A stretch of 59,749 nucleotides of DNA, filler included, from Sphacelaria rigidula (GCA_964200075.2; 7 parts of 7 records of this genome joined end to end with filler, not necessarily neighbours in it); one strand, 5' to 3'; positions 26,253 through 39,558 are shown, numbered from the whole stretch's first letter. Translations and numbers: made by a program. Notes: generated by a model not told the origin, from the letters alone.

Positions 26253-29200
26253 CAAGTGCCAAAGCCCTCGGTGACCGTAGCCGCGAAAGCTCGCCCCACC
26301 CGCCTGCTCGCCTCGAGACCAGGGTGCCGCTGCGCTGGCGGTCGGCAAAAACAAACCCGGGCCGCTCCCGCCGTCCTTCCTTGTAGAAACCCTCAATTCC
26401 ATGACCCGGGGATCTACGGGGTGAGGTCTGGCGACGGTGTGCCTTAGTGGAGCAACGCACACAACACGGCCATTCTCCGTGGATTCCGGCTCAGGTGCGA
26501 CGAGCACAAAATTTCGTTCGTCGAACAACAAGTAGAGCTCGCGTGGTGGTGACAACGCGGGTTGCTTCGGCGGTGGCCGTGTGAATTGTTTCGGCGGTGG
26601 AGAAAACTGTCGCCGTCGATTGAGATGCCGTTGTTGTCGAGATGCTAACGTTGGGCTTGTTGCTGTTGCGTGACGGTGGGACGCGACAGGCGAACCCATC
26701 GCCGCACTCACCACTCTCCCTTCCCCCGCACCGTCCACGCCCTCTGCCCTAGATTCTGTTACGCTGTGTGTCAGTTTGTCGCGTCTTCGCCCTCCAATTT
26801 CGGATCCTCGCACTACCGTTTCCGCGACCATCTGCGTTGCCCCCAACGGAGCCGACGCTCGAGGCATGACATCTAGCGCGAGTCCTGGCCAGTTCTGGGG
26901 CAAGCGGCAAGCCACGCGTCTCTTTCCCGAAAGTTGCACTTTTCCCGGCAACAAGGAGAGGGTGGCCCCTACTATTGCCCCGTGCGACGAAGCGCTTAAC
27001 GGCGAGCTATCGACAATACGTTCGGAGTTCCGCTCGCTTGAAGAACTCGCACCGGTTGCGGTGGCATCTGTAACTCCCAACGACGGTATTTCGTCTGTCG
27101 TCAACGGTGCTATCGGTTGCGCAGGTTGATGAGGATTGACTACTGCATCGCCAGCAAGAGCGAGGATGTCTGCGCCAAGGCGAATAGAGCTTGTTGGCGC
27201 AGCGGATGCGCTCCACTTACCCAGGACCAACCACTCGTGCAGATATCGTAGCACCAGGTACACCTGGAGCAGGTTGAAGCATTGTACCCCGGGATGGAGA
27301 ATAAAGATGTGATCGAAGCGTGGGGAAGGGTGTACTCATGATCATACATGCCATTGTCTACTGACCGCGGGGGGGAAGGGGGGCATAAATACGGTACGTA
27401 GCGAGTGATGTACCTTAGCTTTTGGGGGTGGATGGCAGACGAGAAAGGACGAAAGACCACCACACATTTCCTGATCGCGATTTCCACCCTTCCCCTTTCT
27501 CGGAACGAGCTTGTAGTCTCAGAACGATTGACTGATACCTCCTCCAGTACCTGCCCGACAGTTTCAGATCGAGGATTGTATCTGCACTCCCGCACCGCGT
27601 ATGCCCTCGTCCATTCTTGTCTTCAACTCGGGTCCCCAAGTTTTCGACGATGGGAACTAAACTCTGCCCAGAAATATAGGACTTGACAGGTTTCGAACAC
27701 GCATATTTTCACCCTGTGACGGGCTGTTGATGCACCCGTTAGACCACCAGGAAGAAACGGCAGTGTAAATTTACATGCCACGAGTCTCAGCCACACGGTG
27801 GACCTCTCGATCCGTCTCCACACAACACGGTGGCCCCAAAAACTCAAGTAGAGGAAAACGCACACGCACAACACACGGTACACGCATTCACACGACACCT
27901 GCGTACCTTAACGTATGCCGTGGCCTGTTCATCAGCACAACTCGGTGCTCTCAGTGTCGGTGGTAAATGTTGCCCGTCCTGGTCGTCACGAAGCAGCAGC
28001 CTCCAACCCGCAACCTCGACTAGTCCGGGGAGGGGGAAACTTCGCGCTTCTTGCCCCCCGCTTGCACCAAGACTTGCGTCAACTCGAGCAGACGCCACAG
28101 CCTTCTCGAATGCAGACAGGAGTGCGAAAGGATGGAAGCGTTTTGTGACGCCAAGGAGCACCACTGATGAATGGCGCGTGGCATGAGGAGACGGAAGCGT
28201 CGAGGGGAACGAGGGGTGAAATTATATATTGATGCCGGCTGGTGGATGCTCTCACGGTTCGGACGAATCAAACCGTGATTTAACTCGTTCGTTATTTTAA
28301 CGATTAGATCATACGATTCGTACATCATTTGTGATTCGTACATGTTTCGAGTTCGTGATTCGTACGACACAAATTGAAGTGTACACATTCCGAGTTCGTG
28401 GTTTCGTGCGGTACAGCGTGTAAGGTACAAGGTACATGTTTCTCTACCTTCTTGGTTCACACATGAAACAAGCCATACGGTCCCGCAAGGGGCGGCGATT
28501 TGTTCCCGCTTTCCACCCGCGATTCATGAGTCATGAATCGTGGGCACGTGATTTTCATCTCGCCTTCATACGCCATGTGTACACGTTTCTCACCTTCCCG
28601 TCATCCGGCATGAATCAAGGGTACGTATTCTCCCCTTTTCATCATGAATCCATGTGTCATGGATACATGTTTCCCATCTTGCCTTCATATGGAATGAATC
28701 ATGGGTACACATGTATCCCTTTTGATTTAGGCGAGATGAATCATCAGCACACATGTCCTACCTGCAAATCATACGGCATGAATCATTGGCACATGTAGCC
28801 CACCCTTTGGTTCATGGGGGATGAACCAAGAGATGTGTTTCCCACCAGTGATTCGTACATGGACGATGAATCGTACGTGTTTTTGAATACCTATCCGTGT
28901 CACACAACCCGAAGTGTACACATTTCGAGTGCATGATTCGTGCGACATGACCTTGAATATACAACTTTACCATTCGTGATTCATACCGGATGATCCATTG
29001 GTACATGATTTGTACTCGAACATTTATTAGGTGCCAACCCGTATGAACTCTGATTCGTCCAAATCGTGGATGCTTTTGAGTATCCGGCATCGTGCCCGGT
29101 CACGTCGACTTGCTTTCTGAACTATATAGATACTATACACGTGAGAACACCTTCGGCTTGTTTGCGGAGGGGGGGGCGATACACATTGACTCCAGGACCA

Positions 29201-32200
29201 AGAAGGTGGCTGGGGAAACGGGTATCATATTCTTGTGATTGCCTCGTTTCCCTCGCGCTCACGTGGGAATTCGAGGCGCATCATGTTGTACCGTAATTTG
29301 CACGCATTATCGGGGTAATCTGATGCATGCCTATCACCACTTTCGCTTGTTGACATATTTCACATGATCCCAGACTGTCTTTCGTTCTTCGCCACGATAG
29401 ATTGAACATGCACACCCCGCCTAGGGCCTCCAACAACTGCAGGAAGTGAACCATCGTCCGACTCCTACAAACCACAAGCTCATTGGATCGACAGAGCCAG
29501 GGAAGGGAGGGAGCAAACTGAAATCAAGAACTCCGGAGTAGCAGGCTTCGCAATAAAAACAAATAGCTCCAAACACTACTGCAAGAAACAAGTTCGTTCA
29601 TCAAACTAAACCACGTTTTGTGTCGGATACACTCAACGAAACTCATCCATCAGACTGAAACCAAGTTCACCACGCTGAACCTAAATGACTTGGATACTGC
29701 TCTCAACTCACGTGGTTCCGTCCCGTACTTAACTCAAGGCAATGTGCCAATGCTGAAGATGACAAGCGCTCGTATGCTTCAAATTACATTGGATTATCTG
29801 TGGCTGGACCACACATCCCAATGGCACAGCGGCATGGTGAAAGTGTCCCCAGCAATCGGAACTTTGGCTGTCGAGGGTCTCTCCTTGTCTGAGGGCGTTA
29901 TGAGTACACTTTCGAGCACTCGGGGAAAAAAATGCACCAAATGTACCGGGTACTTTCAGAAAATTACTCGACAAAGTATGGAAATCGTCTTCGAAGCTAT
30001 TGCTTCCTCGCAACGCACGTGGGATTTTTTTCACTGGCCGGAACAGACCTGTATGTGCAAGATTTCCATCTCGATTCTCCGGCCAGGGTTTTGGCTGTTC
30101 ATTTTCCTTGGCTGGGGGAGGCGACAAGGCGATCACATTTCTTGTGGACTTTCATCATGGGAGGCCGATACAGCTCATTGTTGTGCTCCTCATGCGGTTA
30201 CTCTACCAGATGCGGAAAGAATGCCGTGCTGTGTACCACAGGAAGTGAACAAAGTGCGAACACCTACATACATCTAGGGCAGTTGAGCCAGACATTGCCC
30301 GACTATTACTTCATCTACGCGGCTAAAAACAGACCCAAAACTTGCTACGCCCTTCCCCTCATCACCTGCAGAAGCAGCGTACCCTTCTTCTAGCTTCGTG
30401 GCAAACCATCGATCTCGATCCCTTGACCTCACACCCCACGGACAAGACGAAGCGGCATATTCTGCGCCACCCCCGTTGTCACCGCTTTTACCATCTTGGT
30501 TACAGCTGCGGCCGTCAGCACTGGCAGCATTACTCAGGACGACGAGCTCCATCACCGCCGCGGAGGCAGTAAGAACTTCGACTGTGCGGCTGATCGGGTG
30601 TTGGGTCAAAGCCACAAGCAAGCCTTTCACAATCTGTAACGTGAACAGCAAAGGGCGAAGTTGTGAGAGAATATTTGTCCGTGAGTGTTCCTCGCCAACG
30701 TTTGTTTAGGTTACCCCGAGTCCGATGCACGTGGAAAACCGATAAAGTTGATCCCACCCACACACTTGTACGCTCGGTGTCAAGCCCAATACCTGTAGAG
30801 CGAACCGGCTATGAAGCGTACAAACATGCACAAGCTTGCCAGGTATACCTCTTCGAAGCCGTTATCTTTAATCCATCCTCCTTCCTCGCCATCAGAAGTC
30901 GTTTGTACCCTGAGCGGCACTTCCGCTGCCGCGGCCGCCGAGATGTCGCCTGCATCTTGCAAGTCAACACTTCTCTCCATTCTGTCGACAAGATCGGACA
31001 CACCATCCCTGTGATCAGATTCCCAAACACCGTCGAATTCTACCGCTTCTCGGCTCGGCGGCGATCGGGGCGGCGGCAGCGACATACCCACCGAGACGCC
31101 GCCAATGCGTACTTGCACTCCGCCCTCTCCCGTCGCACCATTTGCAGTCGCAGACTCATTTGCCAAGGGGTCGACAGGAAGACCCTCGGCAGTACAAGAT
31201 GCATACGATTGCCCCACCCCCGGCGTGTGCACCCCAGTAGACACGGCGGATATGTGATGGCCATGCGGGGGTGACGCCTGATGAGCGGCGGCAGAGGAAG
31301 CGGCGACTGCCCTGGGGCCGGGCCCTTTAGCCCCAACGGTAGCTGTGGCGGGCGCGGCGGTACTGGCATTCGAATTCGATCGCAGCAGAGGGTTACGTGC
31401 GAGAGAGAGAACGACGGCGATCGCGCCAAGGCGCAGCTGCTCGCTACCCCTTTGAACCATGCATGACAGTAAGGCCTGCCTAAAACGACAAAAACTCTGA
31501 TCCTCACCACTCCCACGTCCGTTGTTGCCGCCGTGGCCATCGTTTCCTAACGCCTGCACTGCTTCCATCAACGCGTTGCGAGTGGACGAACCACGCTCCA
31601 CGCCCCCTGTTGCACGCTCTGCCTTTGGGCTCCCTCCTTCTGCCTCCATCTTGGGCCCCAGTCCCGCGCCCGGTATTCTGGTGCCATTATTTACATCTGA
31701 TGAAAATAGCTTTCGGGACCCAAGGAGATCTCTCGCTACGAGAGCGACTAGCGCGCGGTGACTTGTTACCAGAAAAAGCTGGCACAGGGTGTAAAGGGCC
31801 AGTTGAATCTGTCACGGCAACGCAAGCCGTGTTGAAGTTGAAGAACACGCGCAGAATGGAGAACACACCGTCATGAGACCACGGCTGGACCCCTGGGGGT
31901 CAGTTGAAGTGCGACAATCAATCGATCAAAATCGCAGTATGAAGTGGTCGGTGTACGATACGGATTGGGCATTCGTGGGGGCTCTTCGTTTGGTGATTGA
32001 CGAGCGGAGCTCTGACGATAAACAAGCGCGGCTCGTTCGTCATGTTGGTCACTTGCTCCGATTTGAATACACCCAGGCAATCTCGTGCTGCGCTTTGCTG
32101 ACAAAACGAACTTCATCGGAGAATACTCAGAGAGCGTGGGATAGCCTCCGTCCGATGGCATTAGTTTCTCCCGGCGGATTGTCATCTTCGGATTCCGTCA

Positions 32201-32464
32201 TTGTCTTCACGGAGGCGATTGTGAACCATATTTCGGGGCAGTTTTCATTGGTGTAACATTGACAATGACACGAGAAAGAAGACAGCGCAGATCCGACGCA
32301 TCATTGCACCGCAGCTACTGCGAAACTCTTCTATGCCAGGCGACGGTTTTGACGCACCTCGGGCTCTTGCTCCTTCGCAAGAGCAGCCCCCTTTTGCTTT
32401 CCCAACGTCCCCCCATCGCAACCCTTATCATCGACGGACGCCTCTGCCAGCGCGTGGAGAACAA
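26253..32464 (-). CDS. CLEC16A: CLEC16A / TRANSPARENT TESTA 9 (GFS9)-like endolysosomal trafficking protein; 5 internal exons, partial at both ends
   Basis: Exons 32464-32358, 31808-30849, 30633-30366, 28163-27907 and 27263-26253 are all GT-AG and phase-compatible. The motifs IQLALYTLCQLFLVTSHRALVALVA, IVKGLLVAL...KLEEGYAASA, LLSAFEKAV...PSCADEQATAYVK/VYLVLRYL and ELYLLFDERNFVLVAPEP...GRVVCVAPL...DPRVMELRV recall CLEC16A blocks (SLYLLSQVFLIIHHAPLV, RRAIRVFFMLRSL, RFLAVDIYQMSLVEPD) in the same order. Comparison from memory. Confidence 0.75.
28231..29091. mobile_element. Intronic non-autonomous DNA-transposon-like element with degenerate TIRs
   Basis: Left gatgccgg...cacggttcggacgaatca versus reverse-complemented right gatgccgg...cacgatttggacgaatca; the interior is rich in catgaatc/gtacacatg motifs. 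Confidence 0.5.
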
Positions 32465-33644
32465 CTGGCCGAAAAAAAATCTTGTGCAAGTGAGTAGCAA
32501 GCCTTTCAGACATACGCGGATCGCACACGTCGAGCACATCCTGTTCATGGCGATGTGTAGCGGGAGGTGGAAAGATGCACGAGTATTTAGTGGAATGTTG
32601 AAGCGGACCCATTTCGAGCAAACTATTGCACGAGCTAGCCAAAAGTGGTTGGACACCAAAATTTTGAAGAAAGAAAGCGCACTGGAAAATGTTGACCTTT
32701 GACTAGAAACTTCGAAACACGCCCGGTTGTGTGCAAACGAGTATAAGTTAGCCAAAAGCCAACAAAGTATTAATCACACGTTGCGACAACCCGGCACACC
32801 ACACCTCTGATGCGGGTGCTTGACGTAAAACCAATGCTTTTAGCCATTAGACGAGGACATCACCGATCTTCAAAACCACGGCGGAGAGTACGTGTCGTGT
32901 TGCCATCACTTCTATTCTGGACGTCAGCCTACACCTTTCCGTATATGTGGGCGCATCAGCCGGGGTCACACAGGAGGAAGGCCAACATGAGAGTTTTTTT
33001 TTCCATTTACCTTCCTTTTGCGGTGCTTGCCTTATTTTTTTATCTCGAGAGGAGTTCAGCGGTTCCCTTCCCTTGTCCACAGTGAAGTCAAATTTTGTGA
33101 CCACGACGTAGTCCTATTTAAAGAACTTGGACATTAAAAGAATATCACCATCCAGCGGTACGAAGTCCTTTGCAAGCACCCGCAACCAGCTGTCGTAGTG
33201 ATGTACCATTGGACAACTGGATAGGATAGACAAGAGGATAGGCGGAATGATCACTTCCCACACCCTCCCTCAAGGTTCCGGCGCAATCTCCAGGTAACTC
33301 CGGAAATCAGTCGCCTCACCGTTTCTTTTCAATGATCACGTCAAGTCCGCCTTTCTGACTCGCGATAAACGTTTGCTGATCAGTTAAAAACAATGTACGT
33401 CCTTGATCCGAGTCAAGGAGTCTGCTTTCAACACGTGAACCAATTTCATTTTGAAGAGCCTGACTCCATTTGGAAGCCTAGTTGCTTGGTCTTCCAAAGC
33501 TCCCTCCTCCCTTACCCCGTGTCACGCGCGAAAGTTGAGCTCATACATGTTTTCGGTGTGGTGCCTCGACTTGAGATTTGTCAACTCTCGGTACCCGTTC
33601 GAATAAATGGTCAACGCCGCTCTGCATGTATTACATCGTACCAG

Positions 33645-33780
33645 TAATGTTATGAGCGCCAGAATGTTGGAGGTGTCTCCATTAGGAGCAGGAACGGTGC
33701 TCCGTCTCAAAAGGGATGCGTGGTCAATGGTCAAACAACTGAGGCAAGCAACAAATGAGTACGCCCCCCCCTCCCCCTCA
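33645..33780 (+). mobile_element. LINE 3' fragment (C-run-ended family)
   Basis: atgagcgccagaatgttggaggtgtctcc...aagcaacaaatgagtacgccccccc, homologous to ~25998-26125. Confidence 0.8.
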
Positions 33781-33869
33781 CCTCTAGACTCTTGGGTTGG
33801 CGTCGAGTGGCAACGGCGCTGTAAAACAAGCCACAAAAACCTAGACAAATGTACAGACTGTCACGAAAG

Positions 33870-34100
33870 AGAAAAGCTAACCTCCTTATTTAATCAACTC
33901 AAACACTGCCCGGACATAGACATGAAATAGAGAAGCTAATCCTCCTTTTTATTTAACCCACCATGACACAGCCCGGACATGGACATGAAATAGAAGAGCT
34001 AACCTTCCTTTTTATTTAACCTACCATAACACAGCCCGGACGTAGACATGAAATAGAGAAGCTAACCTTCCTTTTTTTTTGACCTACTATAACACAGCCC
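33870..34100. repeat. Minisatellite, ~62-bp unit, about 4 copies, cut by the contig end
   Basis: Unit approximately acacagcccggacatagacatgaaatagagaagctaaccttcctttttatttaacctaccata. Confidence 0.85.
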
Positions 34101-34200
34101 NNNNNNNNNNNNNNNNNNNNNNNNNNNNNNNNNNNNNNNNNNNNTTAATTAATTAANNNNNNNNNNNNNNNNNNNNNNNNNNNNNNNNNNNNNNNNNNNN
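34101..34200. other. Artificial contig linker
   Basis: N44-TTAATTAATTAA-N44. Confidence 0.98.
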
Positions 34201-34587
34201 CTGTGGTATCGCCACTTCGGGAGACAGCCACAGCTCATACACTGCCTCATGGGTGTCTCACCATAGGAAGGGGGGGGTTCTTGGGGGCATTTATCCCACG
34301 ATACTTGACTTCATGTCGTCGTTGGAAGCAGCAATAGTTGTTATAACGTACTTGTTGCCGATAAATAACACTTATTCACACTGCTTGACACTGCTTGCAC
34401 CCAAACGCAGGCGCCGCGAGTGTGACACGTCGTCTGACACACCTATGAGCTTTTACTACGAACGTACGAGGAAGTATGGCACCACCCGCCATCGATCAGA
34501 GACCAGCCTTATACCCCCCTCCTCCCCCACTCCCGCTCTCACGGCGCACTTCCGCCTTGTCTCCGGCGCCACTGCAACCTCGCCTTG

Positions 34588-37255
34588 TTACTGCGTGTTG
34601 ATGAATCCGGGCTCGATGTCCAGGATGTTGCGATGTGCCTTGTACTTCTTGCGCATCGCCTCTATTCCGCCCTTCCCCTCCGGTACGTCGTCGCCGGCGT
34701 CTTGCATTTGCGCCATCTCACGGTACGCCCGGCAGAAGTCTCGAGTGCGTCGCGCAAAGCGTCGCACTCGGCCGAGCGTCAAAATTGTGGCGCGGCACAG
34801 AGACTTGACGATATTAGCGTGTAGGTTTTTTGGTACTTCGTCATTAATCACCCGCCGAAAGTGCTTCTTCGATATCCCCCCGGAGTATTCGATTCCGCCC
34901 CCTGCAACCTCCGGGTGGCACTTTGGCGATAGCACCAGAATGTGCCCACGACTCTCGACGGTGTGCTGTAGTGCCGTCCTCTCCTCACGAAAGTCCGGCA
35001 ACTTTCCGAGGACGGTTACGATGTTCTTGTTCGGCTCTGCGTTATCTCCCGTCCCCGTCTTGTCTACGCACAATCCGCGCTCCCACAACACCTGCCTCAT
35101 ACCTTTCGGTTTACCGACATAGCCCTCTTTCATGTATTCCTCCGTTTCCCCACTTGTGCTAGTTGCTCCCTCCGTGCTCCCGCCCTCCGAAACGACAGCG
35201 CTGTCCTTCTGCTCAGATGTTTTCCCTCGTGTGAATGTTGTGTCTACAGTGGGCGCATCCACGTCGTGTAAAGGTGGGGGGTCACCTGACTGAAATGTCA
35301 TGCGTTGCGTGTCACCTACGGCGAGCTTCCTCGGGTACGGTGTGGCCTGGCTCCTGGGCTACTCTTTGTGCTCCACTTTTCTCCTAATTTATACATGGTC
35401 GCCTCCGACTCACCCAAACAACCCTCCTTAATTTTCATATCCTTTAGCACCCTCTGCTTGCCCCCGTATTTCACGCTCATGAAGGATGTACGCAACCCAT
35501 CCTCGCGCATTTTTGCGTGTCCCGCAGAGTGATCCACCTCAAACACTATTTGCTTGTTCTCTTCGATGACCTCTAGAACATCCATGACGTCCACTATCTG
35601 TCGCTCGAATCGATCGAAATCCCAGTAGCCACCTTTGCTTTCCCCGAAAACAAGATGTCGCGTGCCCGGGGTTCTTTTCAGCGCCGGACGGCCCCGTTCG
35701 TGTCGAAACTGGTCCACCCTCTGTAGCTCATCCTCTAATACAGGCAAACCGAAGCCGCGCCTCTCATCCTGGAAAGCCGAAATCAACTCTCCCGACCCCT
35801 CCGTTTTCTTCCGCAGGCCACGCACACCCTGAATCACCCACTCATTACCCTCACGCGCGTACGCTTTATATATGCTCTCGTCCTGCCCAAAATAGTGCAC
35901 CTTGCGACGGCACTTGCACACCTCCTCGGAATGATGCGCCTTGCAGCAAGCACCAGCAGCTGCTTCGAAGCGGACGCTATACTGCCCATCATTTGGCCCG
36001 AGAGCATCGCGCAGAGCATCAAACGTTTCGATCACTCCGTTATCACTCAACAGGTCAACGTGAAACTCGATGCACGCCTCGCCATCAATGGTGCAGTCGT
36101 ATACCTCCGCGTAGAAATCGTCGTCGCCGGTCTCCTTCAGAGCATCCAACTTTACTAGCTCCCTGGGCTTCAGAGGTGACTTTTCCACACGAACCCACAG
36201 CGGTTGGCGCAATGCGATTTCCCGCTTCTGTTTGATGCACATGTTGCGGCTGGCCACTACATCAGGCCTCCCGTGGCCGTCAGTGTAATACGATTGACTG
36301 TGCCTCTCGTACGTACACCCGAGCTTTGTCACCCATGAGTGGACCGTGGACTCCGAGATAGAGAGTGTCAGATGATACTTGTTCGGCTGTTTCATCCCTC
36401 CTTCTACCTCAAAGAAGCCGTCATTGACACATAGACAGACCGACTTGATGGTGACCCGCTTCTGGGACTTGAGCCACCGTAAGAGCTTCAGCTTCAGATC
36501 CTTCTCGGACAATATCCACTCCCTCTCGTACACCCCCCTTCCGTCGCGCTTGAAATACCAGTTGAGGGTCTTAAACTCGTGCGCCTACTTCAAAATCGTC
36601 CGAGGCTTCGCGCCGCCCAGTTTGGAACGCATCACCATGTCCGTCGCGATCTTCAAGAAAGAAGATTCATGGCGTAGCGCGAACGCATCTGACATAAGGT
36701 CGTACACGCGGCGATCGGCGATCCTCACGGCAGTTTTCGTTGCGGGTGCGCCTCCTTCACAAATAGCTTTCGCTTGCTCCAAGTATTCCAAGACTTTTCC
36801 GTTGCGCTCACGTTCTGCCTTGAGAGTTTCCATCGTTGTATACGCTTGCCTAGCCACACAATACGACTGCGTTTCCGACACATGCAAAGGCACAGTGGAT
36901 CCCAGCTCTGCTGCATTTGGAGCTTCTGGGGACACGTCTTCGTCGGGCAGGAGTAGCGCGTCTGCATCTCCGAACATGTTCGCCCCGAGGCGGTCGATTA
37001 ATGAGTCCAGCTTTTCATCCTGCGTTTTCAGCCCTGCGATTCGTGGCCCCAGGTACGAAGCGCGCCTGCTGAACCTCCCGCTCATCCTTACATCTCTCCT
37101 CCACCACCCCCGTTGCAGACATCTTCGTTCTCGGCTGGAAAGGGCCGCCGATGCAGCGAAATCCGTGCGGTTCATTTTGTGTACTTCCACGCGTAGCCGC
37201 TCAAGTCTTTGCTCCCCGCTAGCGCCGAGTTTGGCGAGGCTGTTGAGCGATTTCC
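34588..37255 (-). pseudogene. Degraded IS630/Tc1/mariner-related DDE transposase
   Basis: Three consecutive ORFs (37190-36585, 36533-35316, 35301-34588) are separated by one in-frame TAG and one frameshift near 35350. Motifs YYTDGHGRPDVV, GQDESIY, GYWD, VFEVDHSAGH, PKGMRQVLWERGL, PDFREE and SPKCHPEVAGGGIEYSGGISK match the DGHER...DES...GYW...D...PKFHCELNPIE..WG..K type of transposase. Confidence 0.85.
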
Positions 37256-38358
37256 CTGTGGAATGTGGCGAGCGAAGGAATTTTGCCGCGGGGGGTTAGA
37301 CCCACTCTTATGGCAAGCACGAGTCTCGATTTCTTCGAGATGAGGGGGAGGGGGACAGGGAACGCAGTCGTGGACACGGATTTGGACCAAATCGGGGACT
37401 CACGATCTCGGAACTGCTTCCCCCAATTTTTCGAAGAAATCGGGGGAAATCGTACCGAGGTCGTGAGTCCCCCTGATTTTTTTGAGGTGATGTACGTGCA
37501 TTGACGTAAAATGCTTTAGTACGATGGATTTGATATCTTTGCAACGGCGACAGCAGACAGTCTCGTGACAGCACAGGGTGTGTCTACTGCCCGCCCAAGC
37601 TGCTGAAGCAACTTCGCACGGGCTTCGGCAACCGGATAATAAGTGCTGACGCCGTACCCTGCAACCATGGTAATATCTCATGCCTCGCTGCGCTGCCATA
37701 TGGATCACTATAACGAACGCTACTGTACTCTCCTAGCTGTTGTCGCTATACTTGACGGGTGATATACGGCACCGCACCACTGATCTCTGCTCGAGCAATT
37801 TTTGTTCTCTGTTCTCGCACTACCGTCTGTGCCATCATGCACCACCACACGGCAGTATCATGTGCTGTACTGATGTAGTTTCCTCCACTGTATTACCCCA
37901 GGACACCAAGGTACGGCACTATACTCGAAGGATTGGCTAACGCCTGCCTTCTCTTCGGCTTCATGCACGACTACGCAGTACCACACTCATGCAAAAAATT
38001 ACCGTCTGTGTACAGAACCGTTTCATAAATCTGTGATACTGTACTGTCTGTACCATAAAACGGTCACCCTGATTTGAGTCTACGTATTTGAGTCCCCCCG
38101 GTTTGTTCAAAATCGGGGTCCCGAAAATATCGACATTCGTTGCCATAAAAGTGGGTCTTACACTGATGCGCCGACGACGCATGTCGGCATACATAGCCGT
38201 GAGCACACGCACAACAGTGAACACCGCCTGTGACAGCAGCATACAATCGCGCGCACTGGAAACATCCAAACGAGGATGTAACGCCGGGTCTATGGTGAGG
38301 ATTATAAACAGGAGACACCATTCATGACAGAGTCACAGACTGTCGTTCAAAGACTCAC

Positions 38359-38671
38359 CTCTGGGAACCTCAGGTTCGTGATAACGTGAGGTCGTCGCCA
38401 CCCCTGGCGAGTGACCACCACGGGGCCAACCCTTCCCTCTCTCTTCCCAGTTTAACCTCCACTCCTCAGCAGCTGCCTCGGCCTCCTCGCGTGTATCGAA
38501 CGCCGGCGATCTCTTCCGTTCGGGCTTCTTCCCTTTCGATGACGTGAACGTGAGACCTAAACGATACGCTCCTTTGGTCTTATCCTCTACTACATGAGGT
38601 GCAGAAGTCTTCGTTCATAGCCTTTCACCCCCGTGAGAACTCGGTTGCGTATTTTCCTTGTTCGTGTCCAT
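38359..38671 (-). pseudogene. AP2/integrase-arm-like DNA-binding exon, copy 2 (one in-frame stop)
   Basis: MDTNKENTQPSSHGGERL*TKTSAPHVVEDKTKGAYRLGLTFTSSKGKKPERKRSPAFDTREEAEAAAEEWRLNWEE..., ending at a phase-1 donor cagag|gtgagt. Confidence 0.6.
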
Positions 38672-39224
38672 CGTGTTTACTCGAGGGATGTTGTTGCTGT
38701 TGAACGATTCCCCTGTGGAATTTGACGGCGAATTGGATTTTGTCGTGGGGTACAGTACCGTCAGTTGAAAATGCAGGAGAGCAGCAGTCATTTTGCCAGC
38801 CCACGACCCGTCCTTCGGCGCGACAAACGATCCGCGCATTACGAACCGCATCATAAACAGACTACCTTCGGTAGTTTTTTTAGGCTACCCCATATGCCAT
38901 CATGGGAACGGTTATGTCTTGCGTCATATTTCAGCAGCCGGAAGGAGCAGCAGCAGCAGCACGCCTTCGGTGTGCAAATATCTGTACATGACGTGCTGAC
39001 GGACACAATCTCATGTTGAAGTGAAAACGGAAGTGAAGTTGCAGTCATTGCGCACTGATTATGAAACAATGAATCTCTCGCCAAGAACGATGGACATTCC
39101 CTGCAGAGCAATACCTCAGGCCATAAGATTTGATCCGACCGCGACTGCTTCGATGGAGAGGGTGGTTTCTAACGTCATGTGCATAGTTCGTAACGTTGCA
39201 GCAACCACAACAGTAACAACATAC

Positions 39225-39558
39225 CCGCAGCCTCCAATGACGTACCTAAGGAAACGACTGATTGCTCATGATCTGAGCTCATGATCGCTCCCGGCAAGCT
39301 GCCATGCTTGGGCCGACCCCTCCTCCCTTCCTCCCAGTTTAATCTCCACTCCTCGGCAGCTGCTTCCGCGTATTGACGTGTTTGGAACAGGGGTGACTTC
39401 TTCCGCTCGGGCCTCTCGCCCTTTGCTGGTGTGAACCTCAGTGAGAGACGATACTTTCTAGACCTTCTCTCTACATGTGCAGTGGGTGCAGAAGTCTTCG
39501 ACCATAGGTATCCGCCCGCGGAAGAGTTGGGCGGCGTGTTTTCGTTGTTCACGTCCAT
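39225..39558 (-). CDS. AP2/integrase-arm-like DNA-binding exon, copy 1 (open)
   Basis: MDVNNENTPPNSSAGGYLWSKTSAPTAHVERRSRKYRLSLRFTPAKGERPERKKSPLFQTRQYAEAAAEEWRLNWEE..., ending at a phase-1 donor gcgg|gtatgt; paralogous to 38671-38359. Confidence 0.6.

Noticed and set aside
29729-30136. Minus-strand ORF containing FEDDFHTL as a possible CLEC16A exon
   Set aside because: Exon 28163-27907 supplies the equivalent region with better splice sites and correct phase, and this ORF has no convincing continuation.
34253-37299. Long plus-strand ORFs 34253-35122 and 36379-37299
   Set aside because: They are antisense shadows of the minus-strand transposase and show no recognisable motifs.
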